Shown piece by piece: positions 16,323 through 25,739 of a DNA stretch of 27,980 nucleotides. The notes beneath the pieces were generated by a model. The model had not been told where the DNA came from, did not search any database, and saw only the letters and a program-made list of their open reading frames with translations. The stretch is from an uncultured Bacteroidota bacterium (GTDB lineage: Bacteria > Bacteroidota > Bacteroidia > NS11-12g > UBA9320): positions 1 through 27,980 of the forward strand of contig CAJXLR010000001.1 of the NCBI GenBank assembly GCA_913056425.1, written 5' to 3'. Position 1 is the stretch's first letter. The number at the start of each line of letters is the position of its first letter. Both the position numbers and the translations under genes were made by a program.

Positions 16323-18173
16323 TTAGTGCTTAACAATCCGCACAGTAGAAAGTTGATTCAGACCCGAATAAACCTCTACAATATAAACACCACTAGGAAG
16401 TCTCTCTACTTCAACTGAGATTGACTCATCCCAACCTACGTTGGAACTATAAACCTCTTGACCCCGTGTATTAAGTATTCTTACCATTGCAATTTCTGAG
16501 TAAGCGTTTGTAGAGATTCTCAGCACGTCATGAACCGGGTTAGGCCAGAATTTTGTTGTTACTGATGGATGAAGGATTAAACTAGTCGTATACGAAGTCC
16601 TTTTTCCATCGAAATCTCGCTGTACTAGTGTATATAACACATTTCCGCTAGCAGGTGGGTTCTGGTCTATCCACTCGTAATGAGTTCTCTCGGCCGTAGT
16701 TCCCATACCTACTTCAAAATGTTTCCAAACCATATCCTCAGTAGCCGATGTTCGATATATCTCAAATCCATCGTTGTTTATCTCGTGAGCAGTTTCCCAA
16801 TCTAACTCAATGGTCGACCCAACTTGTTTACCGCGGTAATATATCATTGTAACAGGCAAGGCCGTACACCCTGCACACGACAGAGAGGTTGCTGTATCAA
16901 AATTTACACCACCCACACTACCAATTGCGGTATTTCGAAGTAGGTCATTGGAGCTGTCACTGGGCAGTTGTGCTTTATAAACCAACGAAATACTGTCACC
17001 GGCCTGTATGACATACGAACGATATGGAAAATTTTGAGGAATCAATCCAGTAAAGTATATGACTCCTGAATCTCCTGAGATTGGATAAACAGAGGAATTG
17101 ACTCGTGTTATCTCACTAGTCGTGTCGATTTCAACAAACGTCAACCCCACAGGTAAACTGTCTCTGATTTCATCGAACATCAAAGCCTCGCTGGCCGCAT
17201 TCGTAATGGTGATAGTGTAAGTGATGGTATCACCCGGGTTACAAACTCCGCAACTCGAAGTCTTCGAAATGGAAAATTTATTTGATGCTGTTGTTGTACC
17301 AAATGTATCTACACCTACACCTGTAATATCCCCGTAATTACTTGTGTACTTGATAGGTCCTCCACTTTTCATTCCTGCATACGGTTTGAAGAGTGCGGAA
17401 TCATTGAATATGGTACTTATATAATAAAAAGCGACTACTACTTCATTGCTCGATCCGCCTCCACAACCATTACCTGTGTCAAAGTAATAAAACGTATTTA
17501 GGTCTCCAGGGGCAGGTCCACAGGCACTGAGTGAAGATGATAGGACCTTAGAACCGTATAAAATCAATGTGTTTACCGGGAACAAAGTATCTCCTGCTGG
17601 TTGAAAATACAGCTCGTCACCGTTATAATTACCAAAACTATAGGTTACTGTATCAACGACAATAATCCCTTGAGCGTCAATACCAGCGATACTCTGATAA
17701 ATTACATCCCCTCCGGCGGAAGCCCTACCAACATCTGTAGTACTGATCGTTGCTTCGAATGAGACACTTGTCGCACTCGTATCGGTCAAACTAAAATCCA
17801 ATTCGGTTGTAAATGTATTAGAACATGGAAATTGAATATAGAAAAAAGCACCTACTGTCGAATTTGGAAGTATTCGCGGTATTCGATAGGTAGAATCATC
17901 TCTGTAACTAAGGAGCTTAAAACCGTTAGAAGTATTGCTCATGCTGTCGAGTTTCACATCAATGTTGTACAACGTATCAGTAGATGACAAATTTTCTACA
18001 TTAATGGTGACGTATGCAGCTCGAGGAACATCTCTCGTAGCACAATTCCCAAAATCCGCATAAAAATACGGGCCAGAACCAAGCGAAACTGAGACTTCAG
18101 TGGTATCAAGCGCGGAAGCCTCGCAAAAAACAAACATGGAAACCAGCACTTTCAAATACTTAATAATTCTCAT
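16323..18173 (-). CDS. T9SS type-A cargo protein with a DUF11-like Ig domain
   Basis: Signal peptide; ISKT...PGDTITYTITITN...DSLPVGLTFV (DUF11-like); LPVT...WETAHEINNDGFEIYR linker; WPNP...GVYIV...RIVKH CTD. Start could be 18173 or 18179. Confidence 0.85.
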   Translation of the reverse strand: MRIIKYLKVLVSMFVFCEASALDTTEVSVSLGSGPYFYADFGNCATRDVPRAAYVTINVENLSSTDTLYNIDVKLDSMSNTSNGFKLLSYRDDSTYRIPRILPNSTVGAFFYIQFPCSNTFTTELDFSLTDTSATSVSFEATISTTDVGRASAGGDVIYQSIAGIDAQGIIVVDTVTYSFGNYNGDELYFQPAGDTLFPVNTLILYGSKVLSSSLSACGPAPGDLNTFYYFDTGNGCGGGSSNEVVVAFYYISTIFNDSALFKPYAGMKSGGPIKYTSNYGDITGVGVDTFGTTTASNKFSISKTSSCGVCNPGDTITYTITITNAASEALMFDEIRDSLPVGLTFVEIDTTSEITRVNSSVYPISGDSGVIYFTGLIPQNFPYRSYVIQAGDSISLVYKAQLPSDSSNDLLRNTAIGSVGGVNFDTATSLSCAGCTALPVTMIYYRGKQVGSTIELDWETAHEINNDGFEIYRTSATEDMVWKHFEVGMGTTAERTHYEWIDQNPPASGNVLYTLVQRDFDGKRTSYTTSLILHPSVTTKFWPNPVHDVLRISTNAYSEIAMVRILNTRGQEVYSSNVGWDESISVEVERLPSGVYIVEVYSGLNQLSTVRIVKH

Positions 18174-18204
18174 GTGCAATTACTGGTTCTTGAAGATAAC
18201 AAAA

Positions 18205-18240
18205 ACTAACAAAGGTTGGGGCGATTCCAGTCGCCCAACC
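18205..18240 (-). terminator. Intrinsic terminator of nrdJ
   Basis: The minus strand reads GGTTGGGCGA-CTGGAA-TCGCCCCAACC-TTTGTTAG, 21 nt after the nrdJ stop. Confidence 0.75.
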
Positions 18241-18261
18241 ATACAATTCAAAAGATTATTT

Positions 18262-21200
18262 CTAGCTGCAGCCTAGTGAGTTGCCACAGTTTAGGCATTT
18301 GTAACACGTTCCACTGCGAACAGTTAAGTGTCCGCACTCGTTACAAGCCGGTGCGTCACTTTGCATAGACTGCATCAATTTGTCTGTTGATGCTCCTTGC
18401 GCAGCCGCTGTTCCTTCTGCTCCGGCTGTACTGGTTGTAGCTACCGGCTGCACTTTAGGCGCAGCCACGTTAGCGTTGCGTGTTACTGTATTCTTTGGTG
18501 TAGTTTCCTTCTTCTCTTGGGTTGGAGGTACTTGAACCAAATCGTGACGTTTCAAGTACTCAAATCCAAGTAATCTGAAGATGAAGTCGATAATCGATGT
18601 TGAGTTCTTGATGTTATCATGTCCTTCAACATAACCCGCAGGTTCAAACTTGGTGAATGTGAATTTGTCTACAAACTCACGTAACGGCACACCGTACTGA
18701 AGTCCTATAGAAACTGCGATAGAGAAGCAGTTCATCAAAGAACGGAACGTTGCTCCTTCCTTATGCATATCAACAAAGATTTCTCCTAATCTTCCATCGC
18801 TGTACTCACCTGTACGGATGAACAATGTTTGTCCGCCCACTTTGGCTTTCTGGGTAAATCCACTTCGTTTGCTTGGAAGTTTTTTACGCTCAACGATGTT
18901 CGATAACTGCATCTGGAAAATCGTGTCGTTGCTCTCGTCTATAATTCTTCGAGCAGCATCCAACACCATGTCCGGAGTAATTTCCTCAAGTGAAAGCTCT
19001 GCTTTCTCGCCCAACACCTCTTCTACTTTATCAGTAGCTTCGATTTTCTCTTCGGTCTCTTCTTCCTTGCTGTCCGACTTGTTGCTCAATGGTTGAGATA
19101 GTTTACAACCGTCACGGTAAAGTGCGTTTGCTTTCAATCCAAGCTCCCAGCTTAACTGGTAGCACGATTTGATATCTTCTTGAGTTGCCTCATTTGGCAG
19201 GTTAATGGTCTTAGAAATTGCACCCGAGATGAATGGCTGTGCTGCACCCATCATACGGATGTGACCGTGTGCATGGATAAAACGCTCACCAATCTCACCA
19301 CAGCGGTTTGCACAGTCGAATACAGGTAAGTGTTCGTCTTTCAAGTGTGGCGCTCCTTCAACAGTCATTGTACCACATACGTAGTCGTTGGCTGCTTTTA
19401 TATCTTGACTTTCGAAACCAAGCTCTTTAAGTAGGTTAAAATTAGCCGACTCATATTGCTCTTTCGAGAAGCCTAAACGCTCCATTGTGTCCTCACCAAG
19501 TGTCCAGTGGTTAAATGCAAATCCGATTTCGAATGCACTCGCTAAGCCACCTTCAATAGCCTTAAGATCTTTAGCGGTAAAGCCTTTCTCTTTAAGTGAC
19601 TTGTGGTTGATTACCGGTGCCCCTTTAAGCGTTGCATGACCTTTAGCGTAATTAACGATATCGCTAATTTCAATCTCGTTGTAGCCAAGGTTCTTAAGTG
19701 CTCCCGGTACAGATTGGTTTACAATCTTGAAGTAACCACCACCACTTAGCTTCTTGAATTTAACAAGAGCAAAATCAGGCTCGATACCGGTGGTATCACA
19801 ATCCATAACAAGACCAATTGTTCCTGTAGGAGCGATAACCGTTGTTTGGGCATTTCGATACCCGAATTTCTCACCCAACATAACTGCCTTATCCCACTGG
19901 TCGCATGCTGCAGTAAGTAGGTAATCAGGACAGTGCTTTGGATCAATTCCAACCGGTTTTACACTAAGACCTTCGTATTCTGTAGCGTTGTATGCCGCAT
20001 ATCGGTGATTGCGCATTACGCGCAACATGTCTTCTTTATTCTTTTCGTACTCTCTGAACGGTCCTAAGAACTCAGCCATTTCCGCTGATGTTGCGTAAGC
20101 AGTTCCGGTAAGTATCGCTGTAATAGCGCCACAAATCGCTGTTGCTTTTTCGCTGTCGTAAGGAATTCCGCTTAACATCAGAACAGAGCCTAGGTTCGCA
20201 TAGCCTAAACCTAGCGTTCTGTATGCGTAAGACAACTCTGCAACTTCTTTAGATGGGAACTGAGCCATCAACACAGAGATTTCTAGTACTGCAGTCCACA
20301 GACGTGAAGTATACTCGATTCCGGCAACATCAAATTCCAGTGTATCTTCATTGAAGAAGTGACGTAAGTTCAGAGATGCTAAGTTACATGCCGTGTTGTC
20401 CAAGAACATGTATTCAGAACATGGATTCGACCCGTTGATAGTTCCACCTTGAGGGCAAGTGTGCCACTCGTTAATCGTAGTATCAAACTGTACACCCGGA
20501 TCTGCACATGCCCAAGCCGCGAATGAAATATCATCCCAAATCTTTTGAGCTGGAATGCTTTTCATTGTTTCGCCTGTGCTACGCGCTATCAAATCCCAGT
20601 TATCTTCATTCTTCAATGCTTCGAAGAATTTATTTGGGATACGTACAGAGTTGTTTGAGTTCTGGCCTGATACGGTTTGGTACGCCTCACCTTCGTAGTG
20701 AGAAGAGTAACCGTGATCGATAAGAGCGGCTACTTTCTTTTCTTCCTCTTTTTTCCAGTTGATGAACTCCATGATTTCCGGGTGATCCAAATCAAGCGTC
20801 ACCATTTTGGCAGCACGTCTTGTTGTTCCTCCCGACTTGATAGCTCCCGCTGCGCGGTCGCCAATTTTCAAGAAAGACATCAATCCGGATGAAGTTCCTC
20901 CACCACTTAGTTTTTCACCTGCTCCTCGAATAGAAGAGAAGTTCGTTCCTACCCCAGAACCGTATTTAAAGATACGTGCCTCACGCACCCATAGGTCCAT
21001 GATACCGCCTTCGTTCACCAAGTCGTCGCTTACAGAAAGAATGAAGCAAGCGTGTGGCTGAGGGCGTTCGTATGCAGAGGTAGATTTTTTAAGTTTACCG
21101 GTTTCAGGATCCGCGTAGTAATGTCCTTGAGGTTTTCCGGTGATTCCGTATGTATTGTGTAGTCCTGTGTTGAACCACTGTGGTGAGTTTGGTGCAGCAT

Positions 21201-21594
21201 GTTGAGCCGTGATGCTGTATACTAATTCGTCATAAAAGATTTGAGCATCTTTCTTCGTTGCGAAATAGTTGTACTCCTCCCCCCAAGTTCTCCAACAATC
21301 TGCCAATCTATGGGCAACTTGTTTTATAGAGTTCTCAGAGCCAAGTGAGCCATCTTCTTGTGGCACACCTGCTTTTCTAAAATATTTCTGCGCCAGGATG
21401 TCTGTCGCTACTTGAGACCATGCTTTAGGCACTTCAACATTGTCCATTCTGAATACTGTGTCCCCACCTGGGTTTTGTATCACAGAGCTTCGGATCTCAT
21501 AATCAAATAGGTCGGCGGCGGCCATGCCGTCCTTCGTAAAATAACGATCGAACGAGAGTCCTTTCTTGCTCGATTGTGTTTTCTTTTGGCTCAT
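18262..21594 (-). CDS. nrdJ: Class II (adenosylcobalamin-dependent) ribonucleotide reductase
   Basis: [15 protein letters not shown] thiyl-radical motif, [30 protein letters not shown], a TSCPD-like C-terminal domain and a terminal CNEC/CLNC/GCS region. Confidence 0.96.
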   Translation of the reverse strand: MSQKKTQSSKKGLSFDRYFTKDGMAAADLFDYEIRSSVIQNPGGDTVFRMDNVEVPKAWSQVATDILAQKYFRKAGVPQEDGSLGSENSIKQVAHRLADCWRTWGEEYNYFATKKDAQIFYDELVYSITAQHAAPNSPQWFNTGLHNTYGITGKPQGHYYADPETGKLKKSTSAYERPQPHACFILSVSDDLVNEGGIMDLWVREARIFKYGSGVGTNFSSIRGAGEKLSGGGTSSGLMSFLKIGDRAAGAIKSGGTTRRAAKMVTLDLDHPEIMEFINWKKEEEKKVAALIDHGYSSHYEGEAYQTVSGQNSNNSVRIPNKFFEALKNEDNWDLIARSTGETMKSIPAQKIWDDISFAAWACADPGVQFDTTINEWHTCPQGGTINGSNPCSEYMFLDNTACNLASLNLRHFFNEDTLEFDVAGIEYTSRLWTAVLEISVLMAQFPSKEVAELSYAYRTLGLGYANLGSVLMLSGIPYDSEKATAICGAITAILTGTAYATSAEMAEFLGPFREYEKNKEDMLRVMRNHRYAAYNATEYEGLSVKPVGIDPKHCPDYLLTAACDQWDKAVMLGEKFGYRNAQTTVIAPTGTIGLVMDCDTTGIEPDFALVKFKKLSGGGYFKIVNQSVPGALKNLGYNEIEISDIVNYAKGHATLKGAPVINHKSLKEKGFTAKDLKAIEGGLASAFEIGFAFNHWTLGEDTMERLGFSKEQYESANFNLLKELGFESQDIKAANDYVCGTMTVEGAPHLKDEHLPVFDCANRCGEIGERFIHAHGHIRMMGAAQPFISGAISKTINLPNEATQEDIKSCYQLSWELGLKANALYRDGCKLSQPLSNKSDSKEEETEEKIEATDKVEEVLGEKAELSLEEITPDMVLDAARRIIDESNDTIFQMQLSNIVERKKLPSKRSGFTQKAKVGGQTLFIRTGEYSDGRLGEIFVDMHKEGATFRSLMNCFSIAVSIGLQYGVPLREFVDKFTFTKFEPAGYVEGHDNIKNSTSIIDFIFRLLGFEYLKRHDLVQVPPTQEKKETTPKNTVTRNANVAAPKVQPVATTSTAGAEGTAAAQGASTDKLMQSMQSDAPACNECGHLTVRSGTCYKCLNCGNSLGCS

Positions 21595-21671
21595 ACTACG
21601 CTGTTTTTTCGTTTAATCTAAAGGGTAAAATATCGTCATATACTCCTCGAAAAAGTTTAGAGGTTTTTGCT

Positions 21672-21679
21672 CAAAATTA
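21672..21679 (-). promoter_or_regulatory. -7 box (TAATTTTG) for nrdJ
   Basis: Exact TAnnTTTG match on the minus strand, 77 nt before the ATG. Confidence 0.55.
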
Positions 21680-21709
21680 GCGTGACCCTACATGACTTTG
21701 AGATATCAC

Positions 21710-21788
21710 TTTTCCACAGAAAAAATTATTTGTACGGAAATTGTGACTTACACGTGTTGATAACAATTAGTTAACTTTTTGTGCATAT
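21710..21788. promoter_or_regulatory. Cluster of DnaA-box-like 9-mers upstream of nrdJ
   Basis: TTTTCCACA (21710-21718, matches TTWTNCACA), TGTTGATAA (21755-21763, 1 mismatch) and TGTGCATAT (21780-21788, 1 mismatch). Confidence 0.4.
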
Positions 21789-21959
21789 TTCACCCCTCTG
21801 ACATAAGCATCTGAAAGCCAATTTGATGGAGTCAATTTCAGCACAAAAATTTTTTTTACAGCTTGTTTTTGATAAATATTTTCCGGTACAAATTTGGCTA
21901 CTGGTATAACGTTTTGAAAATAACCTCATTGCCTGATATTTTGCTTTCTTTGCATTGCG

Positions 21960-22679
21960 ATGACAGGCCAAATCCAATCACTTTTAAATCAAAACAAACG
22001 CATACTTGCGGTTTTGATAGATCCGGATAAGGCAACACCTGACCATCTTGAGCAACTCCTTACACCAGAAAATCAAGCACGAATAGACTTTCTCCTTGTG
22101 GGCGGAAGTGTACTCACCTCAGGAAACATCGACGACACACTCACTGAAATTCAAAAACTGTCGAAACTACCCACCGTATTATTCCCAGGTAGTCCGGACC
22201 AGATTTCTTCTAAAGCAGATGCGATTTTGCTTTTGTCCCTGATATCGGGGCGAAACGCAGACCTTCTTATTGGGAAGCACGTAGAATCATCATTACGATT
22301 AAAACAAAGTGGCTTAGAGATCTTACCCACGGGTTACATATTGGTAGATGGTGGATCTGCTACCACAGTCTCATACATATCCGGAACACAACCAATTCCT
22401 TCAATCAAAACCGGACTGGCCGCAGTTACCGCCCTTGCCGGAGAACAACTTGGGCTTCGTGTTACATATATAGACGCAGGTAGTGGTGCCAACCAACCAA
22501 TCCCAGTGGACATGATAAAACAAGTTCGCAGCCATGTCACAGGTCCCATAATTGTTGGTGGTGGAGTTCGCACATCAGAAAAAGCAAAAGCAGCTTGGGA
22601 TGCCGGTGCAAATGTGGTTGTGATTGGGAATAAGTTGGAAGAGGATCCGGAGTTCTTAAAGAACTTGGGAAAATGTTAA
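21960..22679 (+). CDS. pcrB: Geranylgeranylglyceryl/heptaprenylglyceryl phosphate synthase family protein
   Basis: VLIDPDK, LVGGS, LFPG, LLSLISGRN, PTGYILVDGG, YIDAGSGA, IVGGG, VVIGN. Confidence 0.92.
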   Translation: MTGQIQSLLNQNKRILAVLIDPDKATPDHLEQLLTPENQARIDFLLVGGSVLTSGNIDDTLTEIQKLSKLPTVLFPGSPDQISSKADAILLLSLISGRNADLLIGKHVESSLRLKQSGLEILPTGYILVDGGSATTVSYISGTQPIPSIKTGLAAVTALAGEQLGLRVTYIDAGSGANQPIPVDMIKQVRSHVTGPIIVGGGVRTSEKAKAAWDAGANVVVIGNKLEEDPEFLKNLGKC

Positions 22680-22723
22680 CGGCTAACGCAAACCGTTGGA
22701 CCCAAACGAACTTGCGAAATGAA

Positions 22724-23686
22724 CTATTGAGTTTTAATCACCCTGAAGTGATACTGTGCGTCTTTGGTAACAATCCGAAAAAGGTACTGACCGGTTACTA
22801 GATTTGAAACATCTATTTCTTGGTTGAAGTCTCCGGTTGATACTTTTTTGCCAAAATTGTCAAAAACCTCAAAACCACCTGCTAAACCATCTAGTGTTAG
22901 TCGGTTCGACGTTGGATTAGGAGACACTCTAACTGGTTGAGCAATATGCTCTCCAATGGAAACTTTAGCATACTTGTTTACTAAAGCTCGGATATTTGAA
23001 GAATCACAGTAGTTCAAGTTGAGGTACTGCGTAAACTCCTGATTTTGAAAGATGGTTTGATTATCGTGACACACGGAAACAATACCACCCGGATTAAGTA
23101 GGTCTACCCTACGGAAGAATGGCAATGAGTTGGCAAGCGTTCCAACTCCTTCAACTATTGTATCTCTCCTTTCATTTTCAAACTGATCTCTGGGGAAATG
23201 TATAATCTGAGCTCTCCTTTGAAGACCATCTTCGAACTTCAGAACTCTTGTACTATCAACGACGTAATGGCCGAGTAAACCCGGCATCCACAGCGTGTCA
23301 CCGCTTTTCAATGAAAAATCGCACATTACAAAGTGGTAGTTTTGATTTGTGTGTCTCCCCAGAGAACTATTCCAAATGCTAATTGCGCCAGAAAAGGACA
23401 CCGAATCTCCCATTTCTATAATCTGATATTGTTTTACCGCCCCAGTGTTCTCACCAAATACGTAAACATCAAACCACACTTCATTCACTGTGAAATACGT
23501 AGACAAATCGTCAACAGAATCCAAAGAGTAGTAACTTCCAACACAAAGATTAGCCTGGCTTTGGCCAAGAGTAGGCCCAAAATCAATTGTGAAAGTTACC
23601 TGTCCATCCTGGAATCCGGTCTGACCAAATCCTGCGCTTGTAAATCCTAAAATGAATAATAGAAGAGTAATTAGTTGGTTTTTCAT
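22724..23686 (-). CDS. T9SS type-A cargo protein of unknown function
   Basis: Signal peptide (GFGQ), CDFSLKSGDT...IVEGVG segment, and a VSPNPT...GQYLF...RVIK CTD. Confidence 0.82.
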   Translation of the reverse strand: MKNQLITLLLFILGFTSAGFGQTGFQDGQVTFTIDFGPTLGQSQANLCVGSYYSLDSVDDLSTYFTVNEVWFDVYVFGENTGAVKQYQIIEMGDSVSFSGAISIWNSSLGRHTNQNYHFVMCDFSLKSGDTLWMPGLLGHYVVDSTRVLKFEDGLQRRAQIIHFPRDQFENERRDTIVEGVGTLANSLPFFRRVDLLNPGGIVSVCHDNQTIFQNQEFTQYLNLNYCDSSNIRALVNKYAKVSIGEHIAQPVRVSPNPTSNRLTLDGLAGGFEVFDNFGKKVSTGDFNQEIDVSNLVTGQYLFRIVTKDAQYHFRVIKTQ

Positions 23687-23920
23687 GCTTCAATATACCG
23701 AACTTGATTAAACCCACGATTTGATATCACGGAATATTAAGTTATTTGACTACAGCCTGACGACCATTACGCTGGGAGAATGTTGACTTGCATGCTTTGA
23801 AAAGTGTTTGGTTTTGGCGAGGGAATACCGATAACCCCTCCCCATCAACAAGTTCGCCATCCATGAAATGCGACACAAGGATTTGTCTCCAAACGATATC
23901 ATAAAACCTCCTTGTAGATT

Positions 23921-25144
23921 CTAATTCACAACCAGGTGTTCGTCGGGCTCCAATTCGTCACTTAAGTCCGGTGGTTTTGCCTTCGTAAGTGTTCGAGATA
24001 GGAAGAGAGCAACAATCACCAAAACAGGACCAACCTCGTAAGGTAAATGATGACTCCAACCATACATGGCCCCACCAACGGATGGACCAATTGCTCTTCC
24101 CAGTGATCCGAACGACTGGAAGAGGCCTGTCACATACCCCAATTCTTTTGGACTTGCATACAAGGTGACCAACGACATGAGAGCCGGATTAATGAAACCA
24201 ATGGCCAAAGCAATAAGTGCAATGTCAATGTATTGATATGGCACCAACCGGTCTGCTTGTACATACGGCATAGCAGCCAAACCAACTACTAGAATGGTTA
24301 ACCCAATTGCAAGCATCTGTCGTTCACCAAAACGCTTTGATATCGGTCCAACCAAGACACCTTGAACAATAGCGCTGCACAGACCGATAAACATAAAAAG
24401 CTTGCCAATCCCAATTCCATCCAATCCACTTTCTTCTTTCCAAATCAACGCTGCAGAAACTTGCATCATTGAAAAAGCAATAATCATCAAGATGTTGATC
24501 ACAAATATTTTCCCGATCTGAGGCTTCTTTAACTGCTCCCAAAGTGAATTAAATATGTTCTCAACCTTCACCACTTTAGTTCGCAATTCCTTTTTAAGAG
24601 ATTCTGGTAAAAAGAAGTAGGCTAAGGCAAAATTGACCATAGACAAACCAGCCGTAGTGTAACCCAAAACACCGATTCCGTATAATTCCTTGATGTACCC
24701 GCCAATAGGAGGTCCGGCTATAAAGCCCAGTCCAAAAGCGGCACCTATTAAACCCATGGTCTTCGCGCGCTCCTTCGGTTCAGTCACATCACCCACATAT
24801 GCTTGGGCTGCTCCAATATTTGCAGATCCAATACCGGAAAGAATACGTGAGGCTAAAAGAATCCAAAGGTTGTGCGCTTGGGCAAATACAACATAGGCCA
24901 AAGCCGTTATCAAGACACTTACGAGTATAATGGGACGCCTTCCGTATCGGTCGCTCAGTCTTCCCCAAAGAGGTGAAAAACCAAAGTTCATTAACGCATA
25001 AACAGCGGCAATCAGCCCTATCTGTGCATCGGTGGCACCAAGCTCTTTTGTGAACAACGGCAGAATCGGAATAATCAGTCCAAATCCCAACAAGTCGAGA
25101 AACGTTGTCAGGAATACTACGCCGATAGCTTTTTTGTTGTTCAT
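23921..25144 (-). CDS. MFS transporter, TetA/DHA1-like
   Basis: FLDLLGFGLIIPILP, motif A GRLSDRYGRRP, motif C GFIAGPPIGG, about 12 TM segments. Start corrected to ATG 25144. Confidence 0.92.
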   Translation of the reverse strand: MNNKKAIGVVFLTTFLDLLGFGLIIPILPLFTKELGATDAQIGLIAAVYALMNFGFSPLWGRLSDRYGRRPIILVSVLITALAYVVFAQAHNLWILLASRILSGIGSANIGAAQAYVGDVTEPKERAKTMGLIGAAFGLGFIAGPPIGGYIKELYGIGVLGYTTAGLSMVNFALAYFFLPESLKKELRTKVVKVENIFNSLWEQLKKPQIGKIFVINILMIIAFSMMQVSAALIWKEESGLDGIGIGKLFMFIGLCSAIVQGVLVGPISKRFGERQMLAIGLTILVVGLAAMPYVQADRLVPYQYIDIALIALAIGFINPALMSLVTLYASPKELGYVTGLFQSFGSLGRAIGPSVGGAMYGWSHHLPYEVGPVLVIVALFLSRTLTKAKPPDLSDELEPDEHLVVN

Positions 25145-25186
25145 CTTAGGAAACGCAATATTAGTTTTATCTCGCTCAGTACAAAC

Positions 25187-25216
25187 AAAAAAACCCGGAC
25201 ACAAGGTCCGGGCTTT
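25187..25216 (-). terminator. Intrinsic terminator of mscL
   Basis: CCCGGAC-N5-GTCCGGG stem (25194-25212) followed by a T7 run on the minus strand. Confidence 0.85.
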
Positions 25217-25242
25217 CACATAATAGTAAATTTAGTTCCGAT

Positions 25243-25650
25243 CTATTTCTTTAGTAAGTCGCGAATCTCAGTAAGCAACTCATTATCCGAAGGACCTGCA
25301 GGTGCTGCCGGTGCTTCTTCTTTTGGCCTCTTCGTTTTGTTGTATCCTTTAACAATCATGAATAGCACAAATCCAACAATCACCAAGTTGATGATTGAAT
25401 CAATCCAGCGCCCGTACATGATAGCGTTTTCTGGCTTAGCTTCTACTCCCTCTGCAGCTTCAACAGCCGGACTCAAAATGATTTTCAAATCCGCAAAGTT
25501 GATACCACCAGTGAACTCACCAATAATAGGCATCATGATGTCGCTAACAAATCCCTTTACTACAAGGCTAACTGCCCCGGCAAGGATTACGGCAACCGCT
25601 AAATCGATAACGTTACCGGTCATGATAAACTTCTTAAATTCCTTAAACAT
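25243..25650 (-). CDS. mscL: Large-conductance mechanosensitive channel
   Basis: MFKEFKKFIMTGNVIDLAVAVI ... LLTEIRDLLKK. Confidence 0.96.
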   Translation of the reverse strand: MFKEFKKFIMTGNVIDLAVAVILAGAVSLVVKGFVSDIMMPIIGEFTGGINFADLKIILSPAVEAAEGVEAKPENAIMYGRWIDSIINLVIVGFVLFMIVKGYNKTKRPKEEAPAAPAGPSDNELLTEIRDLLKK

Positions 25651-25739
25651 AGCTTTCTGATTTTTACACTACAAGGCTAAGGAATGTGATCTCGATTGAG
25701 AGAATGTCTTATCGACACACTGAAAATGTGTAGCCTTCA

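Noticed and set aside
18262-21594. Intein or intron in nrdJ
   Set aside because: RNR motifs are contiguous in one frame. I saw no intein splice-junction or LAGLIDADG motifs.
21595-21959. Cobalamin riboswitch, NrdR boxes or oriC
   Set aside because: No B12-box or NrdR palindrome was recognised. Three DnaA-like boxes with no origin-associated genes nearby are too little for oriC without GC-skew data.
25651-25739. Inverted repeat AAGGCTA/TAGCCTT as a structured ncRNA
   Set aside because: It is only 7 bp with a long unstructured interior, and one arm overlaps a likely mscL promoter box.
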